A stretch of DNA of 64,000 bases from NCBI GenBank assembly GCA_021613535.1, contig CP075497.1, forward strand, positions 2,728,001-2,792,000. The letters are read 5' to 3'. Positions 52,160 through 64,000 of this stretch are shown here, in pieces. The notes beneath the pieces are model-generated. The model saw only the letters and a list, made by a program, of their open reading frames with translations. It ran no database searches and was not told the DNA's origin. The DNA comes from Adineta vaga (lineage: Eukaryota; Animalia; Rotifera). Position 1 is the first letter of the stretch, and each line of letters begins with the position of its first letter. The position numbers and the translations under genes are program-made.

Positions 52160-52594
52160 GGTACTATAAGAGAATTAATTAAAAGAAAAAGGAATAAATT
52201 CAAGTCAATCATAAGAATAAAACTAAAAAGGAAAAAAAAATCTATCTCTGTTTCATAAATATATCATTTCTACAACACATAGTTTGTTCGTGATTTATTA
52301 AATGGTGACGCTATTGCCTAATCACAAACACAAAAAGCAATTGATTGATTAGTAATAAGATTGGAAAAGGGTTAGTTTTATTATTATTAAGCTTATTTCT
52401 CTATAAATATACACACACGCATAAAATATATTTCACACTATGGTGAATAAGAAGATTATCAAAAGAAATTAAGTATTATCAGATATGCATTCTTTGAATT
52501 CATCAAAAGATGCATCGATTTATTTTTTTCGTGTTTCTGGCTGTCTTCTAATTTTTTGTTTTGGGATAGATATATGTATATATATATATATAGG

Positions 52595-55500
52595 TTAACA
52601 AAGAATATCTCCGTTCGTATTAATCATCTGATTGGATTGTGATGGTCGTACTGCTGCGGTTGTTGTTGCTTTTTCAACTGAATGTGAAACTAAATAAGAA
52701 GGATTCGTAGAAGAATATAAATTCGTCGCATATGGTGCAGCAATATTCATGGGTGGCCTGTATATGAAATATGTGTGTGATTATTTTTCAAGACAAAGAA
52801 AAAGTATTTTACTACCTGATTGGTTCGAGTCGAAGAGGAATACCTCTCATTGATGGATATAAATTTGATCGATTGTATGGGGCTGATGGTGAAGATAAAT
52901 TCGGTATCTGAGAATGATCTAGTGGTGCTCCTATTGATCGTGGATTTCTTGTTTGTATATGAGATTGTAAATGATTGTCTCGTGGAGCTTGACTCAAAAT
53001 AGTAGTATAGCCAACGGGTTTACCTTCCGCTTTACCTTTACTTCGACTTCGTGATTTCACAATACATATTACAGCTATAAGACTAATAATTAATGCCAAA
53101 AACGCAATTAAACCTAGGACGAGACCAATAATTAAACCAGTACGATTTGTATTTGAACCACTATTGTTGCTACTGAATTGAAGTAGATCAGAACTTGTAT
53201 TTGTGACTTCAGTTGTAGTAGTAAATGTAATTGTTGTAGAAGATGATGTTGAACTTGTCGTAGTAGTTTCACTGGTGGTTGAGGTAGAACTCGTAGTACT
53301 TTCACTGGTAGTAGAAGTGGAGCTTGTCGTAGTAGTTTCACTGGTCGTCGAGGTAGCAGTGGAAGTAGACGTAGAACTCGTAGTACTTTCACTGGTAGTA
53401 GAAGTGGAGCTTGTCGTAGTAGTTTCACTGGTCGTCGAGGTAGCAGTGGAAGTAGACGTAGAGCTCGTAGTTGTGCTTTCGCTTGTGGTAGAGGTGGCAC
53501 TTGTGGTAGTAGTTTCACTGGTCGTCGAGGTAGCAGTGGAAGTTGTAGTAGTAGTCACGCTGGTGGTTGACGTAGCGCTTGTCGAAGTAGTGGCGCTTGT
53601 GGTAGAGGTAGAGCTCGTTGTAGTTGTGACACTGGTCGTAGAGGCAGAGGTAGACGTTGTAGTTGTTGTTGTCGTTGTAGTCCACTGAAATGTGCAAAAG
53701 AAATAAAAGATGCTAGCTGTATATGGATAACCACGCTCTTAATTTTTGCAACATATAAACATAAATGAGTTTACTAATAACGAGCTGGTTGAACAAGCGA
53801 AATATTGCAAAAAGAAAAACGAGAAATACATATCATACCGAATACATCGTACGAATAGAATAAATGTGTAGAGAGAAATGTAGAGGAATTGTATGGAAAA
53901 GTGATAAGAATACATTGAGACATGTATGTCTTTTTTTATTCATGCAAAAATATTGATCATAAGTGTTGTGATAGACTGATCAAAACCAAAGTGACGATTT
54001 GATATCAAAAAGTTTTTCGAAAAATCAAACATAGATTGATCATTGATGCAATACTTACGTCAATAATAATGATCGTATATTGTTATCCACAAGTGATGTC
54101 GTTGCATTGATTGTTAATAATGTAATAAAAAGAGAATAGACATAATCCACAATGTCGTTGCAATATAGATCATTTGTATATCATTGATAATAATGAACAA
54201 TTTATCATAATTTAGTTAGCTTAGCATTGGAAAGTTAATTGAATAGTAGTATGGAAAAATGGGATGAATGTATGAAGGGAAAAAAAAGGTTTATAGAAAA
54301 ACAAAACCTGTGACAAACAATTAATCGCACACGTATAATCACAGTCGTTTCTGATTGTTCATTTCAGTTTCAGTAATGACTGTGTATCATCGATATTCAT
54401 TTACAAGATGAATATGTGATTATTAAAATATTTTCTTTTGTGTTAGACTATAAAGTGCAAAAACAAAATCTTAGGTGCACAAATAGACAAAGCTTTGGAT
54501 TTTCTAGATTTAGTAAATGTAAATTGAGAAAAAGACTGAAAGCATATATGAATAATTAGATTTACGTAATAAATACTTTCATTCGGAATAATCTTTACTA
54601 ATAGATTCATATGTATTAAAGCATACCTGTAATGATTCATTATAACATAGACCAGTTGAAAAATCTAATGCATTTGATCCACATGATGCGAATGTTAAAT
54701 TTCTATAAGTCGATCCACTGGTCAGATTAGCACAGGAAAAATCATTTGAGATGCTTGCATTATTTCGTTCGAAGATGATTTTTAAATTTATCGATGCACA
54801 TGTGCAATCTAATAGAACATTCGTATATGTTGATAGAAGTGTATTTCGATAATCAAGAACAGCACCACTATTGCATGTTCCAACTGTTAGAGCTGTTGCA
54901 TCATTTAAAATAAATGTACTATTCGTAACAGAAGATGGAAAAATAATAGTAACCGATGGATTTGTATTATTTCCTGATGAAAATGTTACATTTTGTGGAT
55001 TGATAATACTTGAACTATTAATAGGATTATTACTTAAATCGACAGTAATGTTTTTTAATGTATAAAGAAATATATCAATTGAAGTGATAGAATTATTACT
55101 TAGATTAAGTACACGTAATGATGTTGGCGTTGGAGTTAGGATTGAATGTGGAAGTCCAGTAAGTTGATTGGATGAAAGATCAAGTGTTGTTAAATTGGAA
55201 AAATTTCTACTCGTCATATTAACGGATGTTAATGAATTATGAGTCATTCGAATTGTATGAAACCAATCAAGACATGGAAATGTTGCATCGGTTAATGTTG
55301 TAAATGATTGATAACTTAAATCAATTTCACGAGATGGTAATGAACAAAGATATGATGGTAAAGAAGAAATTTTACTAGCGAAATCAATCGTAGTAACATT
55401 TGATAAATATTCATTGAACGATGCATTAGATGGTAGAGTTGAAGAGCTTGATACATCAATAGTACATCGAATTCGTACGGATATTGAATCAGAAAATGCA

Positions 55501-56827
55501 AAGAAACAAGCTCCTGGATTCATAAATTCCGTTAAATAATGTGGATATTTTGGCTACAAAAAAAAAGTATCAAAGAAAAATGAAGTTGAATTAGATTTAC
55601 AAATGTTATCTTACCACATTTGCTGTTGGTATAGTAGCGCTAGGAACACTCATTATACTGCCACTTTCATTTGAATTAATTTTGCAGAATCTTGGATAAA
55701 TTCGCGAAAAGTCAACTGATGAATTAACCGGATTACGACCATTAGGACATGAGCTGACTTCAAATCGTATATTACTAGCATTACAAGTTGAATTTGCTAT
55801 TGGAAATTGTATAGAATCATTAGATGCAGGAGCAATTGTTCCTAACATTTGTAAAATGTAGGATTGTTGACAACTGCAATCAATTTGTACTGTACCAAAA
55901 TTAACAAAAGCTAAATTGTATGTTAAACTTGGAATATATAAATTATCATTATCTTCTGCTAAGAGAAAATCGTAAACTTCACCACAAGCATTGTACATTT
56001 CATAAACTGCATCGGTCAAATTTGTCGAAGGATTATCACCTAGAAAGATTTCCTTAATTCCTATTGATGTTATATTAGGCATTTGATAAAAGTATTTATT
56101 CGTAATCATTGAAATTTGATTATGACGAAAATCTGCTGTTTTCATCACGAGTAAAGCCCATAATTCGAACGTTGTTAAACTATTATACGAAAAATCGAGT
56201 GTTTCCATATTTGAAATATTTTGAAAAGCATAACCAGGTACATCTGTTAATTGATTATGTTGAAAATCAAGATTTTGTAAATTCTGCATATTATAGATCA
56301 TTGGCGATGGAAAGTTCGTGATATTATTATAACTAACATCAAGATCAGTAACATTCGTGAAACAAGTTCGAAAGCTATCAGCTGGATCAACAGTTCGAAT
56401 TTGATTATTCGAAAGATCAATACTCTAAATTGATGATTTTCATTTCTGTTATCAATCACAAAGAAAGTTTAAACTAACTGACCTTTAAATTCGGTAATAA
56501 ACAAATATTCGGAGGTATTGATGTAAATGGTCCTGACAGACTACCATTTAAACCATTGACAACAATCGATGTTATATTCGCTAATTGATTCGTCGTATAA
56601 TTATATAATGGAAGTTCTTCATATGTCATATTCGATAAACATGTTAAAACCATTTCTGTTGAATTGGAAAATGTAATACTACATTCATGATCACATAAAC
56701 ATGTCTAAATGATCAATTACATTTCGATATGATCGAAATTAAAGAAAAAAAAATCTTTCAATTAATATCTTACTTTCCATAATAAAGTAGTGGTAATGAT
56801 TATTAACAAATCCCACCGAAGAATCAT
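52595..56827 (-). CDS. Signal peptide - two LRR modules - Thr/Ser stalk - TM - cytoplasmic tail (upstream unit)
   Basis: Signal exon MILRWDLLIIITTTLLWK, LRRs with DAVYEMYNAC and CSCQQSY/CTCASINL caps, stalk exon from 53686, TM GLIIGLVLGLIAFLALIISLIAVICIV, last exon ending at 52595. Confidence 0.82.
53270..53540 (-). repeat. 87-90 bp coding tandem repeat (TATSTTSETTTTS...) in the stalk
   Basis: AGTAGTTTCACTGGTCGTCGAGGTAGCAGTGGAAGT recurs at 53331, 53418 and 53508. Confidence 0.85.
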
Positions 56828-59800
56828 TTTGAGTGAATCAGAATATCGATGATCACCGGATAGAAAAATCTGAAATAAGATTCAATTGAATAAACTTTAC
56901 CTAGACCAAAGAATGAAGAAAAAAAAATAAAAAACTTTATCGTTCCACGATGTCGATGTACTTCATCTTCTTATTCTAGAAGGTAATCTGTATGCATGGA
57001 AAAACGAAAAGAGAGAGAGAGAGAGAAAGAGAAAGCAGTGAATTGTAATCAAAGCAAATTGAAAGTAAAACCTTTGAAGTGCACAGATCAATATAATTTC
57101 AACGTTTGTATATAGCAGACTTTTTTTTCCTTCTCACAATAAATATTGAACATCCATGTAAGAAACACGACTCAATGACGAGAAGACTTTCTTTTTTTCA
57201 AATGATTTCTTTCCATTCGTCTACGAACAAATTTTCAAGCGTTTGTTTGTTTGTATTTTTTACCTTGAAATATTGCATATTTTATTCTCATCTATTAAAC
57301 AATCGGTTGAAAATTTTCTAATTCCATCTACATAAGAATCAGAATAAGAGGGCATATTATTCATCGAGTTTATTCAAACAGGTATCCATCCATGAAATCC
57401 ACTCTTTTTCTATTTTCAAGTTCTTTTTGATGAAATCAAGTCAATATCCTATAAAAAAAGTAAAACAAAAACGAATATGCACTTGAAGTCCTTCTTATCG
57501 ACTATATTTTCTTTACGGAAACCCTAATATTACTCGTTTTACATTATGAAATATATGCAAATACTTTTTTTTCATTTATTCTTACTACGATGTTCCTATG
57601 TACGGAAATACTTACAAAACCAAACACGAATAGTTTTAATCAAGCCTAGTGTTGTTTCTGTACTTAATACTTTGTTAAAAATAAAAAAAAGTACTCACAT
57701 AAAAGTTGTTTAACATTCACATTCCGCTCGCCTTTTCTTCTTTTACAATGAAAAAAAAAGGATTGTTTTTGTTAGCAAAACAATACTACTCTAAAATACA
57801 TAGAAACCAACGACTTGTATAGATCGTAGGTAACAAAAGTATTTCAATTTCTCTCGATGTTTTGCGAGAAATAAATGCTTTGAATACCAGTTATATTTTA
57901 CGAACAATTGTAAGAGAAGAAAAAAATTTGTTTTTTTTCTCTTGTGCTCATTGCTTTGTGAAAATCAATTTTTCCGTCAACAGGTTTTTTTTTATTCTCG
58001 ATCAGTGACTCAGAGTGAAAAGAAACTTTGACAGAAAAAGTGCATCCAATTAGAAGAAGATCAAATATAACACTTCTTTCTCCGTTTAAACGTATTTGAA
58101 AAGAAATCCTCTAAAAGACACATGTTTAGTGACTTATGGTAGTGAATGAATAATAATTGATTGGTACATTTTTTAATGAGAAACATGTCATGCTCTGGTT
58201 TTGAAATAATTCATAAGAAATGATTAACAGATTATTCGATTAGTCAACTAATGAGAAAGTTATGATTAGCGAAAGAATAATATTCTACAGGTATTTGTTT
58301 TATTTCAAAGTGGAATTCTTTTCTACGTTGTTACCTATACCTGAGGGAAAAGACAAAGTTCAAGATTTCAACAGGATCGAACTTAAACCGTGAAGACAGA
58401 AGGCGTCATTTCAAGGCCACATCGTTGTTTTAATTCAAGAAAATTTTAAAACAAAAAAAGGAAATAAAGAATTCATCGGTTGATTTTATATGAGTATCAT
58501 TTACAATCAGAAAAATTATTTCGATCGTATCGAAAATTGATTTTTATATAATTGGAAATGCTTATTAACATTATTTCTATCGAAGAATTTTCTATGAAAT
58601 TAAGTTTGTAAATTAATATGAAAAGAAAGATTACATCTCTGATTATTAGTTCAATTCATACATGGAAAAAGTTGACTGTATTTGATTTGATTGATTATAA
58701 ACCACATTAGTTCCATTAATTTCGATTTAGTATAGAAACAGATGTGTAGAATAAGGCATTCTGTTTCTTTTCATACTTCCCATTGCAAATATTCTCTCAA
58801 GGATTTTCTATAATTCTATCAATTGAAGAACTTCAACTGCCAGTCAAGTCAGTCATTCATTCAATATTTCTCAAAGATACTCGACCATCTGTGCTACAAA
58901 TATATAGATTCATAGTTTTATATCAATCGATTGCTTATCCATGTTGTTATGGATTGTTCAAGGTTTTCTAATTGTACATGTCAAGATCAATCAGAATCCT
59001 TTTCACTAAATTCAATTACTGAAATGTATTGACAATAGATGATGATATTCATATGCAAACGAAATTCTTCATCCACGTAAAAATAAATATTTGTGAATGT
59101 CATACGTTTTTCAATAGAAAAAAAAAGAGAAAGCCTCCATTGCCTAGTGAATCGATTCGATTCTCATTTTATTTGGCCATTATCGTCAAACTATCCGCTA
59201 GATGAGTGTACAGTCGATGTATTAATTAAAATGTCATAAAAAAAAAGAAGAAACTATATATGTGTATATATATTTCAAGGTGAGAGTCAATAATATTCTA
59301 ATCAGTTTACATGTACTTTTATTTCTTTTGCTGCGATATTTTCTTCTCTTCTTTTCTTCGTCTGATAAGGGCAAAAGAAGAAGAAAGACTTTATCGTCGT
59401 CATCGAGTCGCGTGCTATTCTAGATAAAGCAAAAGAGAAATTTAGTATCGTATACATACATATTCCAAGCTGTTTATTCTGACTCATTTCTAGTTATTGT
59501 ATCCTTGAGATAGCAAACAGATAAACATATCAGAAGATATATCTTTCGTTCATTGAAATAATCAAATTTGTTTCTCTCTTTTTCGTTTCCAGAGATTTAT
59601 ATTCATCTTTCTTGTCAAAAAAAAACAACTCGAGAAAACATTTCATTTTCGTCAAATAAACATCGACACGTTGTTTTTTCTTACATTTCTCATCATTCTT
59701 TCATTCTAACCATCGCGTTGACGATGATGTGAACGTAACTGTAGTATGTGTGTTGCTTGTGTTTGTCACGACGGCTACGAGAACGATTCATTCTTCGTCA

Positions 59801-59967
59801 TCCTACACGTTGCATCTTGTCGACAACAGTCAGAGCAGCAACAACAAAAACAAATACGCAACTGCAAGAGCATATTGCTCGACACACATACATAGACAAG
59901 AAAAAAAGCTGAAGTAAAAAAAACACAATCATTTGTACGGATCGTTTTTTTCCTTCTTCATCTTACC

Positions 59968-60670
59968 ATGCATGATCAATGGTATTTCGCGGTATGATTA
60001 ATATGATATGAAAATTATTTCGATTCTTTATTTTTTCATTAATTAGAGTGAACATATACCGGATGGTTTGTATTTAATTGAAGCGATTCATTCACATAAG
60101 TTCATTACATTTACACCTGAACGTTCAACTTTAGTCCAACAAGATCAAAATCAACAGGTTTTGATTAATATTTGAGATAATCTTTCGATAGCGAAATTGT
60201 CTTTTCTTTTAGAATGATAGTGAAACTCAAGTATTCGAAATTCAACATATTGGTTATCATGATTATATTATACGACATCATTTAACTGGTCTTGTTCTAA
60301 CCGTCCATAAGTAAATAATGAAAAATTCTTTCATTGAAAATCGATAATCTTAATTTTTCTTAGTGGTTCACCAACTCCATGTGCTCCAATTGTTCTTTGT
60401 CGTTCGATGGGCGTTCGTACACCATATCAAACAGTTACATTTGAACGAGCAAATAATCAATCAGATGATTATCTTATCTTTTTAAAACATACACGCATGG
60501 TTATTGATATTGATGGTGGAAGTCAAAGTTCCAATGCTCGTCTTCTTCAATTTCCTCAAAAGAAAACGAATACTTTTGAACAGTTTAATCAACGTTTTCG
60601 TCTTCATCCCTTCCTTGATCAGACAAGTTCACAATCACCTATTGTTATTCCGTCGGAATATTTTCGTTAA
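59968..60670 (+). CDS. Ricin-B (beta-trefoil) lectin-like protein, 4 exons, no signal peptide
   Basis: IPDGLYLIEAIHSHK, TQVFEI, YIIRHHLTGLVLTV and VIDIDGGSQSSNARLLQF...NQRFRL resemble RicinB repeats with QxF in place of QxW. Confidence 0.75.
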
Positions 60671-60960
60671 ATTGATTCAAAAAAGAAGAGACAGAAGATA
60701 TATCAATGTTGAAATTCTTTTTTTCTTGTCAGATTATCAGTTGTTTTCTTTTTTTTTCAAGTTCCTGGTGACTCTTTATATACTTATACATATATATATA
60801 TATTTAAGGTTTTTTTTTTTTTTTGAAAATATATAGTCAAGGATGAAGAGAGAAACGAAATCGATGCAAAAGTAATTTATTGAAAAAAAGAATGAAGAAG
60901 TAAAAATTAGAGAAGAAAAAAGAAAAAATTCTTGTTTTTTTCCTTTTTTTCGATGTAAAT

Positions 60961-61815
60961 TTATTGTTGGGATGTTGGTGGAGGAGTTGTCGGAGGTTTT
61001 TTAATGACAAAAACATCATCAATTTTAACTTTGGATTCTTTCTTGGGTTTCGAAGTTTGCTCTTTACCTGTTCCGGGAATGAATTCAGACGAATACTTAA
61101 ATGGTAAACTACTTTTAACTTGTTGTTTGGTTGATGAAGATGTTCCATTCGATTGTTTAGTTGAAACATCAACTCGTCGAATTGTTTCATCACTTGTTGT
61201 TGATGAAGATGATGAGGACGATGTTAAAGATGATAGAGTCGATGAATTAGCTGATTGACTTCGTTGTTTTTTCAAAGGAGTCGATTTTTGATCATAACTT
61301 AATGCAGCTTGATCTTTCATTTGTTCTTTATTATGATGACGTTCAAATAATCGACTCCAACTTAAATGTCGCATATAGGAATCAAACGAAGAAGAATTAT
61401 AAACATTCGAATGGGGTTCCGTCGTTTTCTTTCGACTTTCACGAGTTTTTTTCTTTGATTTATTATCGGAATCACCATTATAAGGTACAATAGGATAATT
61501 ATAATTCGTATTATAACCTTGAGGATAATAGTTTTGGTAAGGTACTACGGCATTATTTGGAATATTTTCAGGATATTGTGCATTTGAAGAATAAGGTAAA
61601 CCATAGAATGACGATTGTTGAGCAAACATCATCACACCAGCACCGCCATTCGCAGCAAAATTCATCATTATTTGAGGAAATAATTGTTGGGCTTGTTGCA
61701 TAGGCATGGCGACAATGTAACAATTTGGTGGTAAAGGACTACCAGAAAAAACTGCTTGCATTGCTTGAGCCATGGCTGTTTGAATATAGGGTGTAACAGC
61801 GTATGGATAACTCAT
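60961..61815 (-). CDS. Intronless low-complexity protein (Q/M/Y/N/P-rich N-half, S/K-rich C-half)
   Basis: 284-aa ATG ORF in AT-rich DNA, with a plausible 5'UTR intron upstream (about 61839-61914). Confidence 0.7.
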   Translation of the reverse strand: MSYPYAVTPYIQTAMAQAMQAVFSGSPLPPNCYIVAMPMQQAQQLFPQIMMNFAANGGAGVMMFAQQSSFYGLPYSSNAQYPENIPNNAVVPYQNYYPQGYNTNYNYPIVPYNGDSDNKSKKKTRESRKKTTEPHSNVYNSSSFDSYMRHLSWSRLFERHHNKEQMKDQAALSYDQKSTPLKKQRSQSANSSTLSSLTSSSSSSSTTSDETIRRVDVSTKQSNGTSSSTKQQVKSSLPFKYSSEFIPGTGKEQTSKPKKESKVKIDDVFVIKKPPTTPPPTSQQ

Positions 61816-64000
61816 AATTGATTATTCAAGGAAATGAACTAAAGAAAAGAAGGTTTCCGATAATCAAATTTTTTTTCTTTTGATAAGACGTTTCCTTTTT
61901 ATGCACGAGTTTACCTTGAAAGGTCTCACTATGTTATGAGTTTTTTTTTTCTCTACTAATTTCCTTACCTCAGAATAAAGATGATTCAAACAATGATCTC
62001 CTTGAAAACTAAAGAATTGAATGACTACACTATATTGATAATCTATAAAAAAAAATCAATCAGAAAGTAGAACTATCTCTAAATAGTAAAAAAAACACAT
62101 GAACGACCTGAATTTCTCTATGTGCGTTTGTGTCTGTGTGTGTCAGACCAAAAAGTCACAACTCGTTTGTGTTACACCAATCAAATGCTCTTGGCACTTA
62201 TTTTGTCTACTGAATTTCTTAGAGGTTTTTTTCCTATTCAATTTACCGTACGTTACGCATCACTAAACTCGTTTCACTTCTATCATCTATTACCTTGACT
62301 CTTTTTTTATTTAATTTTTCTTTTTCGTTGCTATATATACATCTTATACAAGTGTTTGTGGTTTACATTAACGATGTGACAAGTAATTACTGTTTCGTCA
62401 TTTTCTTTCTCCTTTTTTCTTATGATGGATGCCTTTCGATGATAATAATTATTGCTTATCGTGCCGCGAAATATATAAAAGCCTAAATTGAAGCGTTATA
62501 AATGTCTTGTTCATGCACGTTAAGACAAGGTAGTAGAATCACCTTGCAAACAGTGATGGAGACATATCAAATGTCTGTACTACTTCCTGATGAAAACGGG
62601 TATAAAACTTTTTATCATGAAAATTTGAACATGTCAAATATCCATTGACGATGAAACTTGACTTCCATTCTTCTTTCAGTGTATATTTTCATCTCTTGTA
62701 ACAGACATCTATTTGGTTTTCATATATTGATCACAATTGTCGTTTTATAAATACATCACGAGCATCAAACGACGTGAGAATGAAAAAATATGATATAAGA
62801 ATGTTTTTCTATTTGCGCTTGAAAGACAATGAATTCCAAGTGAATACATATAGAATCAATTAGAGATCTTTTCAATGAAATAGAATAGTTTGATTAAGGT
62901 CTTAATCGAGACAAAATATTCGTTTGTCGGCGACATCTGTTCCTGTTATTTCGTGCGTCAAATTGAGAACTAATGAACGTTTTTTACATTCTGCGTGTAT
63001 GCATACATTTTTCTCCCTTCATATTTCTTCATCTTCCGTCGGTTGTTTCTGTTCTTTTTCAGAGAACTCGTGCACAACACAAACGAGAAGAGAAGAGTGC
63101 GAGAAGGAGGGAAAGACATGCATCTCTGTGGTCTATGTATGCTTGCTATTTCCATCAATGTTATTGTCTTTTTTGGTTACGTCTTCCATAGAATTCTTTT
63201 TTTTCCTTATCGCTCAGATCGATAAGAAAGAATCATAACATATTTTTTTGTTTAAAACAATCTGTCGAGTTATTTTAGAAACGAAGAAGAAGAAGAAGAT
63301 GATGATGATGATGAAGATCGGAATATATTTGATATTCTTATTATGTCTACTAGTTTCTCTTTTTATTCTACAGTTTATCGGGAAAAAAACGAACGATTTT
63401 GTCTCCTTTTGAGCACGTTCTGATTTCTTTTTATCAAAAAATCCCATGATACCACGAATCACAAACACTACTTCGATCGATCTGACCATTTTTCTTCTCT
63501 TCTCGTCTCTTCTTTGCTCCTCTAATACTATAACTAGTTCTTGACAACAACTATCGACATTTTCCACTCGACATCCATCAGTTTTTTAGCATATAACAGG
63601 AAGCAAAATGAATTCTAATGAATCCTTTGTTTTTCGGAAAGATCTCTTTGGTCATGCACTACGAATGTTGTTCTTTAATGTTTTTTTTTCCATTTTCTTG
63701 TGCTGCTTCTTGAGTCACTAGAAGTACTAATGGGAGATTCTCTTGTTTCTTCATAAAGCTTTCCAATGGCTTCTAAACATCACATTTCTAAAAAGGAAAA
63801 CGTCGTTTTTCGATAAACAATTAGACTATTGTGTTATGTTATGATAGGCGAAAGAATTGAATCATCATGAGAATGTCTGCATGTCAATAGTTATATTATG
63901 AATAGAAAAGATGAAAGACATAGGAGAGAGAGAGAAAAAATATAATCAACTCTTTTCACGACAAGAAACGTTGACAATCTGACATGTTATACTAAAAAAT

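Noticed and set aside
48695-53688. Long Val/Glu-rich plus-strand ORFs (48695-50002, 50067-51236, 53203-53688)
   Set aside because: These are antisense shadows of Thr/Ser codons in the mucin exons, which rarely create stops on the opposite strand.
57000-59900. AP-1-like TGACTCA sites (58006, 59480) and short ORFs
   Set aside because: Two 7-mers in 3 kb are not distinguishable from chance, and the ORFs are low-complexity F/K-rich.
44760-61920. Acceptor sites just upstream of the ATGs at 44763, 56827 and 61815 as trans-splice sites
   Set aside because: Each has a plausible cis donor 30-80 nt upstream, so ordinary 5'UTR introns explain them.
62295-63567. Overlapping short ORFs near the window end (also 25447-26372 and 44898-45896)
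   Set aside because: They are translations of poly-T/poly-A tracts and microsatellites with no motifs or splice coherence.
63912-63960. TGAAAGACATAGG resembling the start of miR-71
   Set aside because: The 3' half diverges into a GA microsatellite and hairpin pairing is poor.

Overview
This is a gene-dense, very AT-rich eukaryotic (animal) window with many short GT-AG introns of about 50-60 nt. Intron size, composition and gene families (F-box/LRR, secreted PAN-like/CBM-like, LRR-mucin) suggest a bdelloid rotifer; this is an inference. I built about 20 genes by hand: a tail-to-tail pair of uncharacterised DxD-motif type II membrane proteins, UTP11 followed 66 nt later by SRFBP1/BUD22, a Na/K-ATPase beta subunit, SPARC, a proline-rich protein, a PAM2+NHL-like protein head-to-head with synaptojanin, an SLC22 transporter, a coiled-coil/beta-propeller protein, a secreted micro-exon CBM-like protein, a large unknown membrane protein, an F-box/LRR protein, a PQ-loop protein, an 11 kb modular LRR-mucin-TM receptor locus, a ricin-B lectin and a low-complexity protein. 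No rRNA, tRNA, CRISPR array or autonomous transposon was seen. The strongest leads are (1) the LRR-mucin receptor locus with phase-0 module junctions, which may be one gene with alternative long and short receptors, (2) the operon-like UTP11-SRFBP1 pair, (3) the micro-exon gene with a circularly permuted CBM-like domain, (4) the PAM2-NHL protein, and (5) alternative C-terminal tails in synaptojanin. Probable indel errors are present, so frameshift-dependent conclusions need read support. All family assignments come from motif recognition, not database searches.
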